A stretch of 64,000 nt of DNA, taken from positions 30,823-94,822 of the IMG/VR virus record IMGVR_UViG_3300009059_000716, one strand, 5' to 3'. Of this stretch, positions 45,794 through 53,330 are shown one piece after another. The first letter of the stretch is position 1; each line of letters starts with the position of its first letter. This DNA is from a virus. A model generated the notes under the pieces. It searched no databases. It was not told the origin of the DNA and was given only the letters and a program-made list of their open reading frames with translations. Position numbers and translations under genes: made by a program.

Positions 45794-46219
45794 TTATATA
45801 ATAGAGATTGTAGAACCAAATACCGTCAAAGATATACGTGTACCTTGTTGTATCTTAGGAAGTCTATGTAGAGTAGTAGAACTAAACACTCCTTCCTCCA
45901 TCTCAAAGCCATTTACTACTAATTTAGTATTACATTCAGAGGGTTTTAACTCGCATACATACGCCCATTTACGCCTAAAGTTATTATCCATATGTTCGTT
46001 AAAGAAGTCTCCTTCCTTCCATGTGTGTATATGGTAGGTATCGTATTCAGTTGATATATCAATACCTTCAAATGAGTATATATGTTCTTTTAATTCCTTA
46101 TGGAAGGGTACTTTACTGTAATGTGTATTAGTATACTTATAACTTCTATCTGGCCGATTATATGATTCTTGGTCGATATTTCTATTTCGTATAAACCAGT
46201 CTTTATATTCTTGTTTCAT
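45794..46219 (-). CDS. 2OG-Fe(II) oxygenase; only credible minus-strand gene
   Basis: HMD..LHRL..GTRISL; ends STISII; has a minus-strand promoter. Confidence 0.8.
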   Translation of the reverse strand: MKQEYKDWFIRNRNIDQESYNRPDRSYKYTNTHYSKVPFHKELKEHIYSFEGIDISTEYDTYHIHTWKEGDFFNEHMDNNFRRKWAYVCELKPSECNTKLVVNGFEMEEGVFSSTTLHRLPKIQQGTRISLTVFGSTISII

Positions 46220-46284
46220 TATGTCAAAGACCTATTGTGTTACTATATATGTTGATCCCTCTATGGGTACGGTTTCTCTATAAT

Positions 46285-46316
46285 ATAAGATACGATTTCT
46301 CTCTCTACTTTCCAAC
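46285..46316 (-). promoter_or_regulatory. Bacteroidota-like promoter on the minus strand
   Basis: Reverse complement GTTG-N20-TATCTTAT. Confidence 0.55.
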
Positions 46317-46410
46317 TGTTTTCACAAAATACTTGGGGAAATTTTTTGGCAAAATTTTTCGGTATATAGGGGGTGTCTTCTTATATTGATAATATACGAA
46401 CTATTTATCG

Positions 46411-46842
46411 ATGATGAAACAAATAGATAAAGATACATTATTCTCAATCTTCGAACAAGGAGATGAAGAAGTATACATGGAGCATGGAGTTAAAGATGTT
46501 CTAGACAATCCTTTTGTTTTAATGGGAATGATACTTAGAGGTTTAGAGAACTTTGAACTAATGGATATGATGTATAAAAGAAACTATCCAGAAGAATATG
46601 AGAATGTAAAGAACCTTATAAAATACAAATACTACAATAAGTTATATAGATACCTTACAAAAATAGACAGTAGGTGTTTTAAAGATGAGTATACAATAGG
46701 AGAGGCTTTTGATAGTGAGAATGTATATAAGGCTTTAGATGACCTAAGAGTATACTATGAAGTTATAGAGGAATACGAAAAATGTTCGGTTATAAAGAAT
46801 TTTAGAGAACTTTTAATAGATAAAGTTGTTACTTTAAAATAG
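46411..46842 (+). CDS. Hypothetical protein with C-terminal UVR-like motif
   Basis: YYEVIEEYEKCSVIK. Confidence 0.65.
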   Translation: MMKQIDKDTLFSIFEQGDEEVYMEHGVKDVLDNPFVLMGMILRGLENFELMDMMYKRNYPEEYENVKNLIKYKYYNKLYRYLTKIDSRCFKDEYTIGEAFDSENVYKALDDLRVYYEVIEEYEKCSVIKNFRELLIDKVVTLK

Positions 46843-46856
46843 TTTTCTTATCTTTA
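46825..46856 (+). promoter_or_regulatory. Bacteroidota-like phage promoter
   Basis: GTTG-N20-TATCTTTA. Confidence 0.7.
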
Positions 46857-46884
46857 TGTATAGAAACAAAATAAAGGTTATATT

Positions 46885-47415
46885 ATGTCAAAAACTCAAG
46901 AGGGATTCAAAGTCACTAAGATATCCCCAGATCAAGCTTCTGAGCTTATTGCTTGCAATGATGACCAATTAGGTACCCCTGCAGCACACTTTACATTAAC
47001 ACCTTCCACTAATAGTAATTACCCGGCCTCTGAAGGATGGGAAGATGTTAGGTACTACACCAACCGACCCAGGCATATACAAATGCCAAAAGGTATTACT
47101 AACTGTCAATGGATATACATCCTCTCTAATGAAACGATGCCCGGTCTTGTTAAGATTGGCTTTACAAAGAATAAACCTTCGGAGAGAGTTAAGCAGATCA
47201 ATGCTGCGACAGGAGTCGCATTAGACTTCTCGGTCGAATGGGCTTACCCTTGCTTTAACGCACATGATCTTGAAAAAGAGATACATATCTACCTTGAGAA
47301 TCAAGGCTTCCGAGTAAATAAAAAGAAGGAATTCTTTAATATTACGATTGAACAGGCAAGATCTGTTATCGAACGTATAGGAGAACCTTATAGGATGGAA
47401 GTATTCCAAGACTAA
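46885..47415 (+). CDS. T5orf172/GIY-YIG family protein
   Basis: WIYILSN..MPGLVKIGFT..PSER..ATGV..EKEIH..KKEFF. Confidence 0.85.
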   Translation: MSKTQEGFKVTKISPDQASELIACNDDQLGTPAAHFTLTPSTNSNYPASEGWEDVRYYTNRPRHIQMPKGITNCQWIYILSNETMPGLVKIGFTKNKPSERVKQINAATGVALDFSVEWAYPCFNAHDLEKEIHIYLENQGFRVNKKKEFFNITIEQARSVIERIGEPYRMEVFQD

Positions 47416-47421
47416 AAACTT

Positions 47422-47447
47422 CGTGGCAACTTCGCGCGTTTTGCGCG
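47422..47447 (-). repeat. CpG-rich element copy C (inverted core CGAAGTTGCCACG) plus CGCGC/GCGCG hairpin
   Basis: 47422-47434 CGTGGCAACTTCG is the reverse complement of the A/B core. Confidence 0.55.
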
Positions 47448-47488
47448 GCGGCGTAGCCGTTATATTTTCCATATAAAGCGCCCAAAAA

Positions 47489-47520
47489 GTTGCACACCTG
47501 CTTTTTTCTTCTTATATTTA
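47489..47520 (+). promoter_or_regulatory. Bacteroidota-like phage promoter
   Basis: GTTG-N20-TATATTTA. Confidence 0.7.
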
Positions 47521-47538
47521 GTAAACAAAATAAAGGTT

Positions 47539-48144
47539 ATGTATAAATTTAATGTTTTTCTGCTATTAGTAGCGGCTTCTTTACTATCTTGTTCACCTTC
47601 CGACGACTTTTCTCCTACTTGTCCATCTGGAGATTGTGAAGCAGGGGTTGTTTTTCCTGTTCAACCGGATGAGAATGGGTACTACCATGTGAAATTAGAT
47701 TGGACTCGTGAGTATTTGCCTTATTTCTCGGTAGATGCTTATGCCGAACCTACTTCTCCGGAGTACCATTACAATAATTCACCTTTTGTAACTGCTAGAT
47801 TTGATTCTAATTTAGTCTGGACGATTGGTGATACGTTGGTTATGCCGGATTACTACTACAATCCATTCGGATCCGATAGAACTTCGTCGGGAACAGTGCT
47901 TCCAAGTGAAAAAATAGAGGTTTTACTCAATCAATTCAAAGGAATTCAAGTAAATGTTGCACAAAACACCGAAATTTACTTTTCAGATAAGGGAAATTCA
48001 AAACTATACACAAAAAGAGTACTTGGACCATTCCCTCCAGAGTCAATTGGGGATACTATTACCCTATATATGGAGGTATTTTGGGATGCAGGAGTGGAAT
48101 CTCAAATAAAAAACCACTACAGACAAAAATTTATTGTAGAGTAG
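47539..48144 (+). CDS. Lipoprotein
   Basis: SLLS-CSPSDD lipobox with acidic downstream residues. Confidence 0.7.
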   Translation: MYKFNVFLLLVAASLLSCSPSDDFSPTCPSGDCEAGVVFPVQPDENGYYHVKLDWTREYLPYFSVDAYAEPTSPEYHYNNSPFVTARFDSNLVWTIGDTLVMPDYYYNPFGSDRTSSGTVLPSEKIEVLLNQFKGIQVNVAQNTEIYFSDKGNSKLYTKRVLGPFPPESIGDTITLYMEVFWDAGVESQIKNHYRQKFIVE

Positions 48145-48175
48145 TTGATTCTTTAAATTATTTTTCATACCTTCA

Positions 48176-48300
48176 TATTATATAATTAATAAAATATATA
48201 TAAGTATATAAATATATATAAATAATAACTATATAATCAATAATAAAATAGAATATAATAATATATTAATAGTATATATAATATAAATTTAATAAATACA
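48176..48300. other. Extremely AT-rich intergenic tract
   Basis: ~125 bp with only a handful of G/C. Confidence 0.7.
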
Positions 48301-48311
48301 AAAGGTTATCT

Positions 48312-49046
48312 ATGTTACAAGCAGAACAAATTCAAGGCAATTGGGATAAACATATTAAGATTGTTAACCACTATATTACCGGAGAACGTAAGGAAAAGGT
48401 ATTAGCTATGTTGGAAAAACTTTCCGATATCTACGTTATGGCTCCTGCTAGCGGTAAATCTTGGTACCATAATGCTTTTCCCGGTGGATATGTTGACCAT
48501 GTTAATAGAGTTGTTCAATATGCCGTAAAACAGAAAGACCTTTACCTTCAAATGGGTGGGATAGTAGACTTTTCCGATGAAGAGTTAGTATTTGCTGCTT
48601 TATTTCATGATTTAGGTAAGATAGGTGATGGAGAGGGTCCAAATTATATTCCTCAAACTGATAAATGGAGACAAGATAAGTTATCTGAGATGTATACGCC
48701 TAATCCTGATTTAGACTTTATGCTTATACCGGACAGATCTCTATTTTTACTTCAGAAGTTTGGCGTTACAGTTAACCAAAAGGAATACTTAGGTATCAGA
48801 TGTCATGATGGTGTGTTTGACGATGCTAATAAAGCTTATTTCTTTAGCAATCAAGAATCTTCCAGACAAAAGACAGCTTTGATATCTATTTTACATTCAG
48901 CTGACTTTTTAGCTTCTAAGGTGGAGTATGATATGTGGAAATCACAAGGTGGTACTACTAAACCAAAAAGTGAAAAGATTACTTCTTCGACAGGAAGACC
49001 GGTAAAAGCTTCAGAAGGTCTAACTAACATGTTAAAAAACTTATAA
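48312..49046 (+). CDS. HD-domain phosphohydrolase
   Basis: APAS..YHNAFPGGYVDH, FHDLGK, HDG, HSAD. Confidence 0.9.
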   Translation: MLQAEQIQGNWDKHIKIVNHYITGERKEKVLAMLEKLSDIYVMAPASGKSWYHNAFPGGYVDHVNRVVQYAVKQKDLYLQMGGIVDFSDEELVFAALFHDLGKIGDGEGPNYIPQTDKWRQDKLSEMYTPNPDLDFMLIPDRSLFLLQKFGVTVNQKEYLGIRCHDGVFDDANKAYFFSNQESSRQKTALISILHSADFLASKVEYDMWKSQGGTTKPKSEKITSSTGRPVKASEGLTNMLKNL

Positions 49047-49048
49047 TA

Positions 49049-49354
49049 ATGGTACAGTACATAGTAATTACAGTATTAGTTGTATTCTCCGGAATTTTAT
49101 CTTATCTTATATATAACCTACTAAGAAAAGTAGAGAAATATGAAGATATAACCTTAGATCAAACTAAATACTTACAGAACATATCGAACATAATAGCAGA
49201 ATCTCAACAACACCTTTCAAAGTTAGATGAAAATGGGGTATTTCAATCTGATGATGAGGTTGGAGAATTCTTTAAACAAATGCAAGCAATACAGACTGAG
49301 CTAGACAAATACATGCTCCCCGAAAACTATGGCAAGGAAGAAATCCAAAGCTAA
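49049..49354 (+). CDS. TM + coiled-coil protein
   Basis: N-terminal TM; FQSDDEVG. Confidence 0.7.
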   Translation: MVQYIVITVLVVFSGILSYLIYNLLRKVEKYEDITLDQTKYLQNISNIIAESQQHLSKLDENGVFQSDDEVGEFFKQMQAIQTELDKYMLPENYGKEEIQS

Positions 49355-50033
49355 CTACTTTACCTCAGAAACAGAAGATTATATAGTAAAATATAACCAA
49401 TCAACTGATCACGATTACAGAGCTAAAATATTTACAGACCACATTTATTTACCGTTTTATAAATTAGCGGAAAATATAATACATACATTTAAATTCTACT
49501 ACACGGATGTAGAGCGGATAGAAGACCTCAAACACGAGGTCGTTTCTGTTTTACTTGAACAGAAGATAGATAAGTTCGATCCTACGAACGGAGCTAAAGC
49601 ATATTCTTATTTTGGTACAATAGTTAAAAGATGGTTAATTAACTACAATAATATTAACTACAAAAAACTAAAACAGATAGGTTCCTTTTCTGATATAGAA
49701 GAATCATATGAAACAACAGGAGACCCAGATTTTTCTAACGCTAGGACATTGAGTACATTTGTAGACGAATGGGTTGAAGAGATGTATAACGAAATTGATT
49801 ATATATTTCCTAAATCTGATGAGTTAAAAATAGCAGATGCTGTTTTGACTATATTTAAAACAAGGAACGATTTAGATATATTTAAGAAAAAAGCTTTATA
49901 TATCTATATAAGAGAAATGACTGATTGCGAAACACCGCAACTAACTAAAGTATTAAATGTACTTAAAAGTAATTTCTACGAAAAATACCAACATTACTAC
50001 GATCTAGGTCTTCTTTCCCGAAAACCATTGTAA
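49329..50033 (+). CDS. Phage sigma factor, T4 gp55-like (late transcription)
   Basis: NYF..., KLAENII, EDLKHE, KFDPTNGAKAYSYFGTI resembling sigma region 2 of gp55. Confidence 0.7.
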   Translation: MARKKSKANYFTSETEDYIVKYNQSTDHDYRAKIFTDHIYLPFYKLAENIIHTFKFYYTDVERIEDLKHEVVSVLLEQKIDKFDPTNGAKAYSYFGTIVKRWLINYNNINYKKLKQIGSFSDIEESYETTGDPDFSNARTLSTFVDEWVEEMYNEIDYIFPKSDELKIADAVLTIFKTRNDLDIFKKKALYIYIREMTDCETPQLTKVLNVLKSNFYEKYQHYYDLGLLSRKPL

Positions 50034-50059
50034 CTCTATTTATAATAAAACTATAAACT

Positions 50060-50437
50060 ATGAGTTTAGATAAAGAAATATTTAATGGAAAGACCCTATC
50101 AGATCTTTTCGGAGAAATCTACGATAACTCTAAAGATACAAGATCACAAGTTCAAGGGTTAATTAGAGAGTTAAAACCTCTAATAGAGAACATAGGAGAT
50201 GCGACTTTAATCGTCCCTATGATAAAAGAATACATGGAGATAGGTGTAAAGAATGACGACGCTTTAATTAAGATGGCCACAATCATTCAAAGGATAGTAA
50301 GCGCAGAATCTAAAGGTGAGTCTGCAAGTGATTTTGATTTCTCAGATTTACAAGATTTGTTAGAAGAACAGAATCAAATAGAGGCTGAATTAGAATCAGT
50401 TAAGAAAGAAGAAGAGACGGATGAATCTATCAACTAG
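50060..50437 (+). CDS. Helical hypothetical protein at start of the structural module
   Basis: Preceded by TATTTAT. Confidence 0.7.
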   Translation: MSLDKEIFNGKTLSDLFGEIYDNSKDTRSQVQGLIRELKPLIENIGDATLIVPMIKEYMEIGVKNDDALIKMATIIQRIVSAESKGESASDFDFSDLQDLLEEQNQIEAELESVKKEEETDESIN

Positions 50438-51578
50438 TTTTTCCAGTAATTTAAACTCAGCTAACAGGTTACCGGCAAATAACCTTGCTTTAATCCCTGT
50501 ACGTGTCATCGATGTGATTATGGATGAAACTCATCCTGAGTATAATAAGTACGGAAAAACTAAATGTATTGGAGCCATTAAATATCAACCAGTAGATAAA
50601 AAGCTAAACAGCGACAATACCGAAACACTACCTATTGCTTTTCCTTCTAGTGCAACTTTAAGAACGATCCCACTAGTAAACGAAATAGTACTTCTTACCT
50701 CAGCTCCTGACGAAGAGTCTTCTAATGAGAAGTCTACTAGTTCTACTTTTTATTATATATCTATCATATCTGTTTGGAATCATCCCCACCATAATGCCTC
50801 CCCAGACGGTGTTTCTACATCTAAGGTAGATTTAGGGAATGACTTTAAAGAGAAAAACAACATAAACCCTCTACAGCCGTACCCAGGAGATGTTTTAGTA
50901 GAAGGGAGACAAGGTCAATCCATACGATTGTCTGGTACTAAACATTTTAAGAATATATATACCAACCAATCTAATGAAGGAGATCCTTTTACTATTATAA
51001 GTAATGGCCAAAAGAAGACTGAAAATGGTTCTGATTACATTGAAGAAGATATAAACGAAGATGAATCTTCGATATATCTTGTTTCTAATCACACAGTTCC
51101 GTTAAAACAAGCTAGAGATAAGATAAAAGCTTGGAAGAAAGCTCCAATAAAAGCAGATAAGTATGAAGGTTCACAAGTAGTTGTGAATGGAGGAAGACTT
51201 TATTTTAATTCAAAAGAAGAAAGCATCTTATTTTCAAGTAAAGAAGCTTTCGGAGTTACCTCTAAAAACATTAATTTAGATGCTAAAGACTATATAGCAC
51301 TAGATGCAGAAAAAATATACTTAGGGGAAAAAGCTTTAGTTGAAGAATACGAACCTGTACTATTAGGGGAGTCAACAGAACAGTTTTTAAGTGAATTACT
51401 ATACAATTTAAAAGAACTAGCTAAAGATTTAGTAAAAGCTAAAACTATAGACGGTAAAATTATCCCTAATTTAATATTAAGAGGTAAATTACTTGAAGCA
51501 GGAATGAAAAGCTTAGAGGCACAAATTAACCCCGGAGGAAAATCACAACTCAAATCCAGAAAAGTATACACTGAATAA
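50421..51578 (+). CDS. Baseplate hub/spike protein (gp5/VgrG-like)
   Basis: OB-fold-like N-terminus (PLVNEIV), EGRQGQSIR, beta-strand repeats, EPVLLGE. Confidence 0.6.
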   Translation: MNLSTSFSSNLNSANRLPANNLALIPVRVIDVIMDETHPEYNKYGKTKCIGAIKYQPVDKKLNSDNTETLPIAFPSSATLRTIPLVNEIVLLTSAPDEESSNEKSTSSTFYYISIISVWNHPHHNASPDGVSTSKVDLGNDFKEKNNINPLQPYPGDVLVEGRQGQSIRLSGTKHFKNIYTNQSNEGDPFTIISNGQKKTENGSDYIEEDINEDESSIYLVSNHTVPLKQARDKIKAWKKAPIKADKYEGSQVVVNGGRLYFNSKEESILFSSKEAFGVTSKNINLDAKDYIALDAEKIYLGEKALVEEYEPVLLGESTEQFLSELLYNLKELAKDLVKAKTIDGKIIPNLILRGKLLEAGMKSLEAQINPGGKSQLKSRKVYTE

Positions 51579-52420
51579 TGCCACACGGATATTTAAAAGA
51601 ATTTAAAAGTTTACTAGCTCAATTTGCTGCCTTTAAAATAGGAGATCTTGAAGCTATGGCTATACAGTATGCTAATACCAAAGTAAATGAAATTATAAAC
51701 GAATTACTTAATCAATGTCCGCCGCCTGAAGTTTTAAAGCAAATGGGTAAGACTGTTGACAATGTAAACAGTCTAATGAATAAGGTAGATAGACAAGTAG
51801 GGCAATTAGAAAAACTTCCAAAAAAATTAGATAAGCCAATCAAAGCGGGTAAGATAATAGTAGAGGTACTTTCACACATGCCGCTACCTTCGACTATTGG
51901 AGGACCAGGCCCGATAGGTGTAATATTTTCAGTACCGACAGGAGTCATACAGGCACAAGCACAACTACTAACGTTTACTTCTAATATGATTAACACATTA
52001 GAAAATGACCAGACAGCTATCAAGGATCTGTTATCATCTGCCTCCGGTATATTTTCCCCAGTTCGAACTAAGCTTAGTAGAATAGAAAGGTTACTGGCTA
52101 GATGTGCTTCCAATCCAAATCTATCAGATGAAGATAGAAAAAAAATATTAGAAGGTTTACAGGATAAAAATACTGGAACCTCAGGTACAACTGCCGGAGG
52201 AAAAGGAAAAGGAGTGGAGTATACTTCCAATATTAATGGAAATACATACACTATATCCATTGTAACAAATACCGAGACAGGTATAAGTGTACCACAAAGA
52301 CAAGCAGTAGCTAAAGATTTTAGAGGAATTATAGTAATAAAAGGCCCTTTATCTTTTGCAAGCTCTGAGCAAGTCTTAATAGATGAATTAAAATTTAGAA
52401 TAGATAATCAACTTCCATAA
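51578..52420 (+). CDS. Hypothetical virion-associated protein
   Basis: Context in the baseplate module. Confidence 0.6.
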   Translation: MPHGYLKEFKSLLAQFAAFKIGDLEAMAIQYANTKVNEIINELLNQCPPPEVLKQMGKTVDNVNSLMNKVDRQVGQLEKLPKKLDKPIKAGKIIVEVLSHMPLPSTIGGPGPIGVIFSVPTGVIQAQAQLLTFTSNMINTLENDQTAIKDLLSSASGIFSPVRTKLSRIERLLARCASNPNLSDEDRKKILEGLQDKNTGTSGTTAGGKGKGVEYTSNINGNTYTISIVTNTETGISVPQRQAVAKDFRGIIVIKGPLSFASSEQVLIDELKFRIDNQLP

Positions 52421-52437
52421 ACTAACTATTTATATAT

Positions 52438-52920
52438 ATGAAACTCGATCAACTTAGAAAGATAATCAGAGAAGAAGTGAGAGCCGCTGTTAAGGAAGAG
52501 TTACAAGAAGTAATGAACGAAGCAGTTAAAGCAGCTAGCACACCTACAGGATTACAACCAGCTCCTATAGCAGGAGAGACCTCATGGTCAGCACCGAAAA
52601 AACCTTCAAGACAGGATTTAGCAGAAATGATGGGCTTATCTGATATGAAACCAAAGACAACTAATTTAAAGTTCGACGATCCAATCCAAGAGATGTTAAA
52701 TCAAACTAAAAATAATATGTCTGGAGAGGAGTATAAGAATGTTATGAACTTTGATTCGTCAATGGTACAGAAACCAAGCTTCGCTTCCTCTATGGCTAAT
52801 CAAATGGGAATGACATCACCGGAAAATATGCCCGGTTTAGATATATCTCAATTAAGTTTTGTAAAAAAAGCTAAAAAGGTTTTAGATCTAGCTAACGAAA
52901 AAAGTAGTAATAGACTATAA
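52438..52920 (+). CDS. Hypothetical protein with LRKIIREEV..KEELQE N-terminus
   Basis: Preceded by TATTTAT. Confidence 0.65.
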   Translation: MKLDQLRKIIREEVRAAVKEELQEVMNEAVKAASTPTGLQPAPIAGETSWSAPKKPSRQDLAEMMGLSDMKPKTTNLKFDDPIQEMLNQTKNNMSGEEYKNVMNFDSSMVQKPSFASSMANQMGMTSPENMPGLDISQLSFVKKAKKVLDLANEKSSNRL

Positions 52921-53330
52921 TGGCATTTCAAATTCAAAAAATATACCCTCTAGATTTAGAACCTAGAAAAGCTATCGGAGTAGATTTACCTTTCTCTGGT
53001 AAAGCTGTATTTAATTCTAATTACTTAACTAAGGATGCTATTAGGAACAACCTAATTAATTATTTTTTGACTAATAAAGGTGAAAGGTACCTAAACCCTT
53101 CCTTTGGCTCTAATATTAGAAAAATGCTGTTTGAGAATATAACTCAAGATACATTACAGGATATTAAAGAGATTATAGCTGAAGATTTAGCCACATACTT
53201 CCCAAGAGTGGTACCAAAAACATTTGAACTAACAGCTACACCGAACTCTAATACTGTTAGGTTTTATTTGAAGTATACAATAGCAGACACAAATATAGAA
53301 GATGAACTTCTAATTAATATCGACCAATAA
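52920..53330 (+). CDS. Baseplate wedge protein, gp25-like
   Basis: NLINYFLTNKGERYLNPSFGS..LFE. Confidence 0.9.
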   Translation: MAFQIQKIYPLDLEPRKAIGVDLPFSGKAVFNSNYLTKDAIRNNLINYFLTNKGERYLNPSFGSNIRKMLFENITQDTLQDIKEIIAEDLATYFPRVVPKTFELTATPNSNTVRFYLKYTIADTNIEDELLINIDQ

